A DNA stretch of 64,000 nt, taken from IMG/VR virus record IMGVR_UViG_3300005937_000006, positions 1 through 64,000 of that record, one strand, 5' to 3'. This document shows positions 38,119 to 47,384 of this stretch, piece by piece. This stretch comes from a virus. Its lineage: Duplodnaviria > Caudoviricetes. Below the pieces are notes generated by a model. It searched no databases and was not told where the DNA came from. It was given only the letters and a program-made list of their open reading frames with translations. Position 1 is the stretch's first letter, and each line of letters opens with the position of its first letter. Made by a program: the position numbers and the translations under genes.

Positions 38119-38649
38119 TTACCCCCAGCGTGAACGTGTCTGTTCGATCTGAACAACCTCGACGTACTCCCCAGCGACGATGATCAAACCGATGCCCTTC
38201 TGGGCCGTCGCTTGATAGCTCTCGGTGATTACCATATACATCTCGGGGTTCTCCCGAGCATCGTCCTGATTGACTGTCAGCACGTCGTACTTCGCGGCAT
38301 CCTTCTCGGTGAAGTCGCGAAACTGCGCGTTCTCTCGCGAGATAAATGGGCAGACCTTTGCGGCGTACTCTGCGCACTCACGATGCATGCCAGGATCGAA
38401 GAACGAGTGCCCATCCCGCGAACGCGGCCCGCCGATGAACGCGATGTACTTTCCCAGCGACTCTCCACACATGGCGCAGAGCTTCTGGTTCACGCACTGC
38501 ATCTGCCGACGCACGTCCAGCACTCGGAAGTCGGGCTCGTTTGTGAAGGGGTCCAGCATCGTGACGAACGGCACCGGGTAGCCGCGCCGTTCCTTAGGAA
38601 GCTTCCTCATCCGCTTTGGGATCGGGAAGTCGCGCTGTGCGGGAGTCAT
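38119..38649 (-). CDS. Conserved phage hypothetical protein (Zn-binding)
   Basis: RGYPVPF..DFR..CAMCG..FIGGP..MHRECAEYAAKVCPF; RBS gaggaggag. Confidence 0.7.
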   Translation of the reverse strand: MTPAQRDFPIPKRMRKLPKERRGYPVPFVTMLDPFTNEPDFRVLDVRRQMQCVNQKLCAMCGESLGKYIAFIGGPRSRDGHSFFDPGMHRECAEYAAKVCPFISRENAQFRDFTEKDAAKYDVLTVNQDDARENPEMYMVITESYQATAQKGIGLIIVAGEYVEVVQIEQTRSRWG

Positions 38650-38828
38650 CTCTCCTCCTCTCGCAGAGCATCGCATAAAGACAGCGCCTCGCGCACATGA
38701 GGCGCGAGACGCTGTGCAATACCACTGCGAGGATATCGTGCGATAAGATCGGCAATAATCTCGATGTGCATCGTTAGATGCTCAAGGGCCTCCTCGCGAT
38801 CATGTGGACAGAGCGGTGGCCGCTCCAT
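38646..38828 (-). CDS. Hypothetical protein
   Basis: Coupled to both neighbours. Confidence 0.5.
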   Translation of the reverse strand: MERPPLCPHDREEALEHLTMHIEIIADLIARYPRSGIAQRLAPHVREALSLCDALREEER

Positions 38829-38830
38829 GA

Positions 38831-39532
38831 CTACTCATCGACAACATCAATCTTGATGTCCAATGACAGTTGAGCGCCGACCTTGCACGCCGTCTCTACG
38901 TGCGAGTTGGTTGACGGGTCTTTGACCACCGCGATCCGGCTGATCGGCAGCACCATGAAGATCGCCGGCTTGGTTTCGGTGTACGACCCTGGCTGCTGGC
39001 GTGCCTCGTAGGTGAACGAAGGCATCTCGCGGGTATAGATCTCGCCCGGCAGCAGCCGCTGCTTCGCGTCGTGATCGGCCCACCACTGGTTCGCGCAGAC
39101 GTGGGCCAGTGGCTCGATCTGCAACCGATCGTGCAGCGCGCGCACCAGCCGTGGGCACTGCTGTGGGCTCTCATACGGGTTCTCGAACTCGGGTACCCCA
39201 GCCCGACTGTGAATCAGGATCAGCCGACTCCTGGCCGAGAGCTTCGAGAAGTCCAGGTTCTGCGACAGGCGACGGCTAGCACCGAAGCGCCGCACCTCTT
39301 CAATGAAGTCGGAGACGTTCGGGTAGTACCCCTCCCCGACCCAGTCAAAGATGTGGACGACACCTTGATGCTCAATCAATTTGATGCCCACGGGGGTAAG
39401 CCCCATTGACTGCACGTCAATACCCAGCGGCGGGGCTTTGATCATGCACTCGATAGGGTGCCCGTCCGGGCCAAGCAACGTCTCGACGTAGACACCCCCG
39501 AGCACACGGGTGCCGCATCCTCTAACAACCAT
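38831..39532 (-). CDS. Hypothetical protein
   Basis: RGCG.R..GGVY..HIFDWVG..YP..DFIEEVRRFGASRR pattern; RBS ggag. Confidence 0.65.
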   Translation of the reverse strand: MVVRGCGTRVLGGVYVETLLGPDGHPIECMIKAPPLGIDVQSMGLTPVGIKLIEHQGVVHIFDWVGEGYYPNVSDFIEEVRRFGASRRLSQNLDFSKLSARSRLILIHSRAGVPEFENPYESPQQCPRLVRALHDRLQIEPLAHVCANQWWADHDAKQRLLPGEIYTREMPSFTYEARQQPGSYTETKPAIFMVLPISRIAVVKDPSTNSHVETACKVGAQLSLDIKIDVVDE

Positions 39533-39956
39533 CAGGCTCCTCCGTGAGCTTCAGTCCCAGGCGCTGAAGCAGCAGATCGACGTAACGCTTCGCGCGTTCG
39601 ATGCGCGCATCCAAGAACTGTTCGTGGTCGAGCGGCGTGCATGTACCAAGGCTCTCGACACGCAGGACGATCTCGCCGCTGAAGCCGCAGCTAGCGTGCA
39701 ACGGGATCGTCCACTGCTCATGCACGCCCACGGCGGATGTCTCGTGGAGCGCGTCGAAGATCGCCACAATGGCGGGGTCGATCTCGCTGCGAACGTCGTG
39801 CAGCAATTCGTCGTGCGTTGTCTCTGGCGATTCGCCTTCCATCTTCACTCCGATGATACGTGCGATAGTTTTGCCGTCCATCACCCAGATCTCACCCTCA
39901 GGCACGATCTGGCTGATACGAATCGGGATGCCGTAGATCTCTCCTTCCTCGCTCAT
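39522..39956 (-). CDS. Hypothetical protein
   Basis: Overlapping start and stop with neighbours. Confidence 0.55.
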   Translation of the reverse strand: MSEEGEIYGIPIRISQIVPEGEIWVMDGKTIARIIGVKMEGESPETTHDELLHDVRSEIDPAIVAIFDALHETSAVGVHEQWTIPLHASCGFSGEIVLRVESLGTCTPLDHEQFLDARIERAKRYVDLLLQRLGLKLTEEPDGC

Positions 39957-40285
39957 GCGCGTGGGATGTTGCGCTGCGGCATAGTCTGTTGCCGAACGTG
40001 CTGCTCGATGTGCATCCTCAAGTCCTGCGACATCTCATGCAGCGACTGCATCACACCCGTAGCTCCTGCCGTAAACCCGGCGCCGAAGACAGTCAGGAGC
40101 GGCTCTTCGTACAGGTCCAGCATGACGGAGATATCTTCAACAAGGGACTGCTCGCCTTCGGTGAGGTTGTCGCGCTCCAACAGCGTGGCATGGAACGCCT
40201 TGAACTCCTCAAATGCCGTCTTGATGATCTCTGCTTCTTCGGACAGCGACTCCTCTTCGTCCTTCTTCCGCTTTCGCTTCGACAT
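39953..40285 (-). CDS. Hypothetical protein
   Basis: RBS ggagg; TAATG coupling. Confidence 0.6.
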   Translation of the reverse strand: MSKRKRKKDEEESLSEEAEIIKTAFEEFKAFHATLLERDNLTEGEQSLVEDISVMLDLYEEPLLTVFGAGFTAGATGVMQSLHEMSQDLRMHIEQHVRQQTMPQRNIPRA

Positions 40286-40494
40286 TAGTCCTCCAGCTTC
40301 GGCACGTGAATCTCGGCAGGCGGATCAACGGCGGGCGCCCAGTCATCGCCGTGTGGCTGTATTTGCAACCAGTCAAGCCACGCAATGAAAAGCGGAATCA
40401 TCTCCTTCAATGGCATGATGACGACGGGGCGTCCATCTCGAAGATCGTAGCGAACCTCATTGCTGTGATAGAGTTCGCCCAGCGCGTCCGACAT
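40285..40494 (-). CDS. Hypothetical protein
   Basis: 3' part of the 40285-40806 ORF; start uncertain. Confidence 0.45.
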   Translation of the reverse strand: MSDALGELYHSNEVRYDLRDGRPVVIMPLKEMIPLFIAWLDWLQIQPHGDDWAPAVDPPAEIHVPKLED

Positions 40495-40573
40495 GGCGAG
40501 TCCCCGCCCAAGCTGCATCAGCATTCGCTTGCGCGACCGACTATCCGGTACGCAACCTCCTACGTCATGGTGA

Positions 40574-40852
40574 TCACATGACATCATCACGGTCATACGC
40601 AACCTCCTCGACGGTGACACGATACCGCTTCTTCGGATCACGTCTATCGTTGATCCAGAAGCGGTTGTTGATGGAAATGTCCGGCTGCATAGGAACGCCC
40701 CATGCTCGCATCGCATCCCTGAAGTACGCACTGAGCGCAACCGTGATGTCATCCTGATTACGCAGGAGCGATGGCTGCGCATGACATGCACATCGGCAGC
40801 CCTCACCTACACAGTGGTCGCGCTCGTAGTTGAAGCAGCACTCCTCAATCAT
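40574..40852 (-). CDS. Hypothetical Cys-rich protein
   Basis: ATG 40852 overlaps upstream stop; CC..HC..GCRCACH. Confidence 0.5.
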   Translation of the reverse strand: MIEECCFNYERDHCVGEGCRCACHAQPSLLRNQDDITVALSAYFRDAMRAWGVPMQPDISINNRFWINDRRDPKKRYRVTVEEVAYDRDDVM

Positions 40853-41025
40853 TTCCCCAGAATCTCCGAGATGTTCACGCAGAGCCAGAACGTCCAGAAG
40901 GTCATCATCCCCCAGTGAAACACTCGCATACACCCCCGTTTATAGACACACACACCAAAGGCGGCTGCGGCAATACCGAAGCAGTCAAGGGCGATCCACA
41001 CGGTGGGGTTGTAGTCAAAGGGCAT
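40849..41025 (-). CDS. Small two-helix membrane protein (58 aa, not in ORF track)
   Basis: MPFDYNPTVWIALDCFGIAAAAFGVCV..FWTFWLCVNISEILGK*; start abuts the upstream TAG and stop overlaps the next ATG. Confidence 0.55.
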   Translation of the reverse strand: MPFDYNPTVWIALDCFGIAAAAFGVCVYKRGCMRVFHWGMMTFWTFWLCVNISEILGK

Positions 41026-41235
41026 CTAGTTCCTCAGGGTGTGTAACTCGCGCTTTATGAAGCGCGGGATTCGCTCCCCGGGATCAGGCGGAAGCCACCA
41101 GGGGATAGGGCGGCGAGTCCAGCCGTACTGTCGCGCGAGTACCCGCCCGCAGAACCAGCACCAGGAAACATAGCGCTCCTGGTGCAGTGGGCAGAGCACG
41201 CAGAAATGATCGCGAAGCACAAACCATCGCACCAT
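41026..41235 (-). CDS. Hypothetical protein
   Basis: Tightly packed in operon; CxxC motifs. Confidence 0.45.
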   Translation of the reverse strand: MVRWFVLRDHFCVLCPLHQERYVSWCWFCGRVLARQYGWTRRPIPWWLPPDPGERIPRFIKRELHTLRN

Positions 41236-41236
41236 G

Positions 41237-41428
41237 TCAGCCGGTCACTTGCAGCGTGCGACAGTCCTTGGTGTCGGTGTGGTAGAAGTGCAGGCTGAAG
41301 GCGGGCCGCTCCTGTACGCGCTGCCCGACGACGAATACCTCGCCGCACGCAGCACAGGCACGCTGCTCCTCATCGAACTGCTCGTCGTCGTTGTAGTTCC
41401 AGCGGGCGATCTTGCCGGGTTGCTCCAT
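41237..41428 (-). CDS. Small Zn-binding hypothetical protein
   Basis: CAACG..H..C; RBS ggag. Confidence 0.5.
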   Translation of the reverse strand: MEQPGKIARWNYNDDEQFDEEQRACAACGEVFVVGQRVQERPAFSLHFYHTDTKDCRTLQVTG

Positions 41429-41429
41429 A

Positions 41430-41756
41430 TCAATCTCCCAGGTCAGCTTCTTCCTGGTGGAAGGCGAGTGCTTCGCGCATCTCCTGGCGCGCACGCCGCT
41501 GAATTTCGTGTCGCTCCTGGCGCATCGCGAGAAGTACCTGCGAAGCACGCTGACGGCTCATCCCAACGCGATCGAGCACACGCATCAGGACTTCGTCTCC
41601 TTCCGCAGCGGTGGCCGCTTCCAGCAGGAAGGCTGCAACCTCGCGTGCCTTCGCAGGAGTTACCTGGAGATGGCTACGCCCAAGCGTGATCTCGACGTAC
41701 CCGCGTTTGTTCTGGGCACCGTAGATCGATGTGACTCCGAAGCTCTCATCTTCCAT
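41430..41756 (-). CDS. Hypothetical protein
   Basis: Start likely MEDES at 41756. Confidence 0.55.
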   Translation of the reverse strand: MEDESFGVTSIYGAQNKRGYVEITLGRSHLQVTPAKAREVAAFLLEAATAAEGDEVLMRVLDRVGMSRQRASQVLLAMRQERHEIQRRARQEMREALAFHQEEADLGD

Positions 41757-42057
41757 CAGGAGGCAACCCCTTTCGCAGATTCTCACACACCGTCTCGTGT
41801 ACGATCTCTGCGTCGTCGAACGTGCAGGAGCGGCAATCCCACTTGTCGTATGGACCGCCGAAGATCATCGTCTCAAAGGCGAGTGGTACCCCCATGATCT
41901 CGTCCACGGGGAGAGGGATGAAGACTGTGGAGATGTGCATCTCATCTCCTAGCACCGTGTAGGCAACGCGCCGCTCGTCGCTGGATTGGAAGTACCACTC
42001 ACTCTCATCAACAGGGACGACTTCGCGATCCTTGAGCAGGTAGTACAGGTGGCGCAT
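41746..42057 (-). CDS. Conserved phage hypothetical protein
   Basis: ISTVF..PLAFETMIFGG..RS.TFDDAE.VH pattern. Confidence 0.65.
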   Translation of the reverse strand: MRHLYYLLKDREVVPVDESEWYFQSSDERRVAYTVLGDEMHISTVFIPLPVDEIMGVPLAFETMIFGGPYDKWDCRSCTFDDAEIVHETVCENLRKGLPPDGR

Positions 42058-42293
42058 CAGTTCACCGGCCAGAGTACCAGTACGGGCTTCCAGTCGGGCG
42101 GTACGTTTTCGCCATCTTCGAGATCCTCAGGTGTGTACACCTCCCCGCTATAGGTGCTGTCAGCAACGTAGTAGCCGCGCTCGCCACCAACGAGCGGACT
42201 GTAGCCGTTCCCTTCGGCATCCTTCTGAAGAATGATCTCAGCGTCGAGATCCGGCTGAGCAACCAGGAGCTTGAGCAGTTCACGAATCGTCAT
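42057..42293 (-). CDS. Conserved phage hypothetical protein
   Basis: MTIRELL..DAEIILQKDAEGNGYSPL. Confidence 0.65.
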   Translation of the reverse strand: MTIRELLKLLVAQPDLDAEIILQKDAEGNGYSPLVGGERGYYVADSTYSGEVYTPEDLEDGENVPPDWKPVLVLWPVN

Positions 42294-42296
42294 GGC

Positions 42297-42812
42297 TCAC
42301 TCCTCGAAGGCAGTCTGCGCAACGGGGCTTCCCTTTCCTGGTCCCGCGCGGAACCCCGCGCGGAACCCGAAGGGGAACTCCAACTCGGGATCGGCTAGCA
42401 CATAGATGTGGTACTGGTCCGCGCAATCGGCCACGCGATCTTCGGACGGATACAGTTCCACACCTTCGTGGTTTGGCCCAACGAGTTCAGTCTTGATGCG
42501 CTGGAAGTCGCGGTAGCGCTCAGGGCCTGGGCGCTTACGGTCGTTCCGGCGGATGCTCAGATGGATGACCTTGGGCGCGGTGTCGTACCAGGGCTCTTCC
42601 GTCCTGATGACGATCACCGTGTACCGACTGTTCCGGTACATCTCCTGGTTCTCGCGCTCCTCGATCAGCGTCTGCTCGATGTCCGCGCGCGAGAGTTCAA
42701 CCCCCTGAGCGCGCGCTTCCTGTTGGATGTGCGCGATGATCGCCTTGCGCTTCTCGACGCTCAGGTACGGGTTGACGCGCACAAAGGGCGTCCAGGCTGG
42801 CAATGGGTTCAT
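42297..42812 (-). CDS. Conserved phage hypothetical protein
   Basis: IHLSIRR..DFQRIKTELVGP..GVELYP..VADCADQYH; start at 42812. Confidence 0.7.
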   Translation of the reverse strand: MNPLPAWTPFVRVNPYLSVEKRKAIIAHIQQEARAQGVELSRADIEQTLIEERENQEMYRNSRYTVIVIRTEEPWYDTAPKVIHLSIRRNDRKRPGPERYRDFQRIKTELVGPNHEGVELYPSEDRVADCADQYHIYVLADPELEFPFGFRAGFRAGPGKGSPVAQTAFEE

Positions 42813-43024
42813 TGACCCTCCAGTTCGGGATACAGTCCCGTGAGTGCTTTCGCTGCTTCGGGCAGCATCAAGCAGTAGCGCACGTAGCCGTCTTGAAACG
42901 GAAGTCCCACAACAGCGGGATGTCGCCCGTTCTCCAGGACAATTTGGGTTGCCTCGCGCTCGGCAACCCAATGGTCAAGCGTGGCGAAGTCGTGGTATCT
43001 CCGCTGGAATTCATCGTCGGTCAT
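42809..43024 (-). CDS. Hypothetical protein
   Basis: RBS aagga; ATGA overlap. Confidence 0.55.
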   Translation of the reverse strand: MTDDEFQRRYHDFATLDHWVAEREATQIVLENGRHPAVVGLPFQDGYVRYCLMLPEAAKALTGLYPELEGQ

Positions 43025-43033
43025 GGTGCGTCC

Positions 43034-43588
43034 TTAGATGACGAGCGACATGGGATGACAGCCGTCGTTTGCCATCTTCTCTGCGCGCAGCGCATGCACG
43101 TAGGGGTGCCATTCCATGCAGTGATATGGCGGGATCGTCGCCGTGGCATAGACTAGCCCACGTCTGCGCGCGATCATGCCTGACACCGGCGAGGGCGTCA
43201 GCAGGAACGATGTGGAGCCCTTACCCCAGAGCGGGGCATTGAGCGGAGGATTCCAGATCTTGATGATCTGCCGCTCAGACTCGCGCAAGCTATCGGGGCC
43301 TATATCCGATGTGTCGTAGTACACCAGGACATAACTGCGCGACCCGCCGAATTTCACTCGCCGAGCAAGTTTGTCGGCAAGCTCGACCTTACCGCCCGGC
43401 TGACGGTGCGAGCCCCAGCGGCGATAGAGCGATGTCGTTGCGATCCCGACATAGGCCACGAAGCACATACCGACATCGTTCATGACGACGATGGCGTACA
43501 GGCCGGGCCTATCGGGCAGGAGATGGCTCAGCCCTAATGGCACGTTGGGCAGCGTGAGGATGTTCGCTGCATCTCTCCACTCGGTCAT
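43034..43588 (-). CDS. GIY-YIG nuclease-family protein
   Basis: PGLYAI..AYVGIA..LYRRW..H..ESERQII..NPPLN. Confidence 0.75.
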   Translation of the reverse strand: MTEWRDAANILTLPNVPLGLSHLLPDRPGLYAIVVMNDVGMCFVAYVGIATTSLYRRWGSHRQPGGKVELADKLARRVKFGGSRSYVLVYYDTSDIGPDSLRESERQIIKIWNPPLNAPLWGKGSTSFLLTPSPVSGMIARRRGLVYATATIPPYHCMEWHPYVHALRAEKMANDGCHPMSLVI

Positions 43589-43589
43589 G

Positions 43590-43865
43590 CTACTCTTTCT
43601 TAGGCGTCATATCGCGCCCTTCAAGAATCAGACGGTCGTTCTCGTAGCGTACGTTGACGCCCGTCTTACCTTCACGAATCGCTTGCTCTTGTTCGAGTTG
43701 CACCTCCCGCGAGCGATCTGAGTGTCCTCGGATGTATCCCCGCCGATATGCCATGAACAGCAACTCGTCAAGTCGCATCGCGATAAGCTTGTCGAAGCCT
43801 TCATGCTTGATGCGCGAATACTCGTCCGTGAACGCAGACTCAATCCGCTCGTTCATCACGCTCAC
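43590..43865 (-). CDS. Hypothetical protein
   Basis: GTG overlap; RBS gaggag. Confidence 0.55.
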   Translation of the reverse strand: MSVMNERIESAFTDEYSRIKHEGFDKLIAMRLDELLFMAYRRGYIRGHSDRSREVQLEQEQAIREGKTGVNVRYENDRLILEGRDMTPKKE

Positions 43866-44062
43866 GGTGTCTCCTCTTCGATACTAGCCACAGGCATGTT
43901 GTGACTAGAAGCAAACGCGATGGCTTCATCGCGTGTATCGAACGTGACCAATGGCTGACCGATGACGCAAATCGCCCACATCACACGAGCGGGCTTGTCT
44001 TCCCATGCGCGCGTGACAATCCAGCGCTCAATTGTCGCTTCGACTGGCTGCGCATCGCTCAT
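43862..44062 (-). CDS. Hypothetical protein
   Basis: ATGA overlap; RBS ggagg. Confidence 0.55.
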   Translation of the reverse strand: MSDAQPVEATIERWIVTRAWEDKPARVMWAICVIGQPLVTFDTRDEAIAFASSHNMPVASIEEETP

Positions 44063-44397
44063 GCCAACGGCCTCCGAAAGCAGGTCTGCCGAACGCCAGT
44101 CAGCGCGTACGCTTCCAAGCGGCTCCAAACCGCCACGTCCAGCCAGGGCATAGGGTTGCCATCGCCCAGCATGCCGCGATCAGCAACACGATAGGTACCG
44201 AGTCCTTGAATCTCCGCAATGGAACCCATGCGTACATCCCAGCTTGCTGCGACAATCTTCTCCTCCGTCCAGATTGGCGTCCCGTCGTACGTACTTCCGC
44301 TAAACTCTGTGCGAACATACCCCGTGATCTTCGACGGACCGCACCACGGCGCGTAGATCTCGATCATCAGGAGGGCTGCGACAATGGCGTCAGTCAT
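44059..44397 (-). CDS. 3D-domain (double-psi beta-barrel) peptidoglycan-related protein
   Basis: ITGYV..TYDGT..IVAASWD..MGS..IQGLGTYRVADRG..WLDVAV; hydrophobic N-terminus. Confidence 0.7.
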   Translation of the reverse strand: MTDAIVAALLMIEIYAPWCGPSKITGYVRTEFSGSTYDGTPIWTEEKIVAASWDVRMGSIAEIQGLGTYRVADRGMLGDGNPMPWLDVAVWSRLEAYALTGVRQTCFRRPLA

Positions 44398-44756
44398 ACG
44401 GATCCCTGTCGATTCTTCATGACCTCAATGGCAGCGGCAAGCCGCAAGTACAGTTCGCCAGCAAACTCGGGAGTGAGATGCTGGAGATCCAGGCCCGAGA
44501 TCATGTCTGCTGCTGCGCACGTGATGTCGCTCAGTGCTATCGTGATCTCTGAAAGCTCCTTTGCTTTCTGGCGAAAGTCACGGAAGCCAGCCAGGATCAC
44601 CGCGATGTCGCACGGCCAGATCTCATCACACACCGAGCAGGCATGTTCGTTGGTTGTGGCAATGGGCACTGAGCGCGGCCAATGCTCCTGGATCAGGTTT
44701 GAGTACGCCAGAGCTTGTTCCGTCTCGCTAGGATGCAGGTCATCCAGCGGGGTCAT
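44394..44756 (-). CDS. Hypothetical protein
   Basis: H..C..C..WPC motif. Confidence 0.55.
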   Translation of the reverse strand: MTPLDDLHPSETEQALAYSNLIQEHWPRSVPIATTNEHACSVCDEIWPCDIAVILAGFRDFRQKAKELSEITIALSDITCAAADMISGLDLQHLTPEFAGELYLRLAAAIEVMKNRQGSV

Positions 44757-46363
44757 CGCAACTCCTGTACGCAGAGTGGGCTCACTGCACCGGTCAGGAT
44801 AAGCGCTTCCTTAGCTCGCGTCATCCCAACATACATCTGACGGATCGTACTGTCTCTTCCCCCTCCGATGTACTCGCTGTATCCCGGCCTGGACAGGTCG
44901 GGCATCAGGTAGACCGCATCTGCTTCCCCGCCCTTGACGCTGTGAATTGTTCCGATGATGATCTGTGGCGCCTTGAGCACCATCTCGATCCCGTGCTTGC
45001 GCAGGATGGTCAGCGGGTAGGTGTACACTCCTCTCTTGCTCTCCAAGAGCAGATCGCTGAAGTGGTCAACGGGGTCGTCCACACTGGCAAACCCGTTGAT
45101 GAACTCGGGAGTGAACACGCGCGAGTAATACTCCTGTGGCATCGGGTGATACTGCTGCCCGATACCGTCGAGCATCTTCTCGCCCGAGCCCCGGACGAAG
45201 ACCTTGGGCTTGCTCATGTGGAACGACCATGTCTTCACATCGTGGGGCGTCCACTCCGATGGCAGCTTCATCCAGGCCGCGAGTCGATGCCCCGCGCTGA
45301 CACCCCTGGCGGGATGCAGCGGATTCCAGCGCCCGTTCTTGCGGCGGTATGGGTTGTGAAATGTCAGACCACGTGCACGCATCTCCTGTACAAGCTCATC
45401 GAGCATGTACGCGCAGCTCCCCAGGTACATCACCGTCTGACCCGCTTCCAGATACCGCTCGGCATCATCCAGCAGTAAATCGGGATGCTCGAAGTCCGCC
45501 CTTTTGTTGCCATACTCCGATGCATCGGTCAGCCGCCGAAACGAGCCCTCGTAGTCGCGAGGCTTGTACATCTTTGGCTCGCGCCGCGAGAGCCGCAATA
45601 CCCAGTCTTCTGCAAAGGTGTGGACGGCCAGCGGGATGCGATACGACTGCGCCAGCACCCGCTTCTGCGAGGCCGGCAGGGGTGGGTCCAGGAAGGCGTC
45701 AGGGGTGGCGCCCTTGAAGGCGTAGATCGACTGATCGTCGTCGCCCGCCATCACGAGGTACTCCATATGGGAGCCCCACTTGCGGACGAGCGCTAGCTCC
45801 AATGGGGTGAGATCCTGAGCCTCGTCAATGAAGCCGATCAGCGGCTCACCCGGCGCCTCTTCGATGTCGTTCAGCGCCATCTCGATCATGTCGGTGAAGT
45901 CGATGTACTCGTTCTCTGCTTTCCAAGACTCCCACTTCTCTGCGAAGTACCGTACGTCAGCCTCCCAGAGATCACGCGGGCGCAGCAACGCACGATAGGT
46001 CTGGTAGCGTGCGGCGATTTCATCAGCATCGCTGGAGTAGTTCGCTTCGGCGGCATCATCCACATCGACACCGCTGACAGTTAGCACATGCCTCGCATCG
46101 GTGGCCCCGGCGTTCCACTCTTTGATGTGCTTCTCGGCTACTTCAGGTCGGCCAAGTGAGCGGTAGGCATGCGCGTGCAGTGTGGCGCACATCTGAGGCG
46201 GGATCGGAAGCCCTCGGCTCCCGATCTCCGCTGCTGCTGCGCGCGTAAAGCTCGATACCAATACGCGATCGGCACCGTACTTCTGCGCGGCGCGACTTAC
46301 CTGCGCCGCGAGGTACGTGGTCTTGCCGGTCCCAGGTGGACCGAAGACCCGTAGCTCTGTCAT
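44753..46363 (-). CDS. UvrD/Rep-like SF1 helicase
   Basis: GPPGTGKT, FIDEAQD, GDDDQSIY, QSYR, TIHSVKGGEAD, YVGMTRAK. Confidence 0.93.
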   Translation of the reverse strand: MTELRVFGPPGTGKTTYLAAQVSRAAQKYGADRVLVSSFTRAAAAEIGSRGLPIPPQMCATLHAHAYRSLGRPEVAEKHIKEWNAGATDARHVLTVSGVDVDDAAEANYSSDADEIAARYQTYRALLRPRDLWEADVRYFAEKWESWKAENEYIDFTDMIEMALNDIEEAPGEPLIGFIDEAQDLTPLELALVRKWGSHMEYLVMAGDDDQSIYAFKGATPDAFLDPPLPASQKRVLAQSYRIPLAVHTFAEDWVLRLSRREPKMYKPRDYEGSFRRLTDASEYGNKRADFEHPDLLLDDAERYLEAGQTVMYLGSCAYMLDELVQEMRARGLTFHNPYRRKNGRWNPLHPARGVSAGHRLAAWMKLPSEWTPHDVKTWSFHMSKPKVFVRGSGEKMLDGIGQQYHPMPQEYYSRVFTPEFINGFASVDDPVDHFSDLLLESKRGVYTYPLTILRKHGIEMVLKAPQIIIGTIHSVKGGEADAVYLMPDLSRPGYSEYIGGGRDSTIRQMYVGMTRAKEALILTGAVSPLCVQELR

Positions 46364-46557
46364 CGGCGTCCTGCTTTCTTGTTGCGACGTTCTTGCTTTC
46401 GCCGCTTCCTCACGCGAGCGAGATGACGAGCCACATCGGCGGGCTTCTCAGCGCGCATCTTCACGATGAACTCACTGTAAACCCTCTGGTATGGCATGTA
46501 CTTCACCGCGCCTGGTGGCTTTGGTTGGGTATCAGGCTGGGGCGTCTCTTCGCGCAT
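46360..46557 (-). CDS. Small basic hypothetical protein
   Basis: TGATG overlap at 46557. Confidence 0.5.
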   Translation of the reverse strand: MREETPQPDTQPKPPGAVKYMPYQRVYSEFIVKMRAEKPADVARHLARVRKRRKQERRNKKAGRR

Positions 46558-46757
46558 CACAACTCCTTGCAAGTGCAGTGCGCCGATCCCGTCACTGTCT
46601 CGCACCAAGGATGATGTTCACGTTCGCGAACCTCATGCTGTTCAGCGGCCCGCTTCGTGATGGATGGGGATGTGTTCGCATATGACCAGCCGCATATGCA
46701 TGAGGCGCAGAAGAATGTGTCTTTCCAACGGACCGTCGTGAAGTGGTCCATCAGCAT
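46557..46757 (-). CDS. Small Zn-binding hypothetical protein
   Basis: CICGW..HE..H..C..C.C. Confidence 0.5.
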   Translation of the reverse strand: MLMDHFTTVRWKDTFFCASCICGWSYANTSPSITKRAAEQHEVREREHHPWCETVTGSAHCTCKEL

Positions 46758-46969
46758 TCACATGGATGGTTGTCAAACTCCAGTACGTCGAGCAGTCCCT
46801 GGAAATCCCGCTCGATCATCTTCTTGCTCAGTGTATCCGGCGGCAACGTCTCTAAGTACGGAGACAGGATCTCCGTCCATAGGCGCTGCAACATCGTCAG
46901 CGCATGCCGCTTGAGTCGCAGCCTGTCACGGCAATCCCCTCTGTGACACACGGCTCCCTCTAATTCCAA
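46751..46969 (-). CDS. Hypothetical protein
   Basis: Operon packing. Confidence 0.5.
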   Translation of the reverse strand: MELEGAVCHRGDCRDRLRLKRHALTMLQRLWTEILSPYLETLPPDTLSKKMIERDFQGLLDVLEFDNHPCEC

Positions 46970-47382
46970 TGCTCTTGTGCCCCCAAAGCGCGCTCCACTT
47001 TTACTTCCGGCTCGCGAGTGCGTTCACGATACTCGATGATCGCTGCGCACTCATCGCCCTGTGTACATATGCATACCTCCTCAGTGGTCATGTCGATGAC
47101 CGTGGTATCGGCCTTCGTGTTGTGGTCGATCATTGCCCAGTTGGCAACACCATAGTGGAAGAGAATGCCATGCAGATGGCAGTAGATCGTGTCAGTCTTG
47201 CTGGCGTTCGAGTACGTTGTCAGGAAGCGCCAGCGAGGCTCAAAAGGGCACGTGTAGGCCGGGAGCCTGTACTCCGCGAAGGTGAAGGCAGGGTACGACC
47301 AGTTGCAGCGTGGTCGCTCCTGCCACTCTTCGTCGGAATACTCGGGTGCATCGAGCAGGAAGAGCGCGTCGTCATCTTCCAT
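46960..47382 (-). CDS. Hypothetical protein
   Basis: Operon packing. Confidence 0.5.
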   Translation of the reverse strand: MEDDDALFLLDAPEYSDEEWQERPRCNWSYPAFTFAEYRLPAYTCPFEPRWRFLTTYSNASKTDTIYCHLHGILFHYGVANWAMIDHNTKADTTVIDMTTEEVCICTQGDECAAIIEYRERTREPEVKVERALGAQEHWN

Positions 47383-47384
47383 CG

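Noticed and set aside
39510-40388. 292-aa + strand ORF
   Set aside because: Antisense to well-packed - strand genes that have RBSs
40574-40933. Start at 40933 for the Cys-rich ORF
   Set aside because: Better explained by a 58-aa membrane ORF (40849-41025) coupled to an ATG at 40852
44032-44802. 256-aa + strand ORF
   Set aside because: Overlaps three coupled - strand genes including the 3D-domain gene
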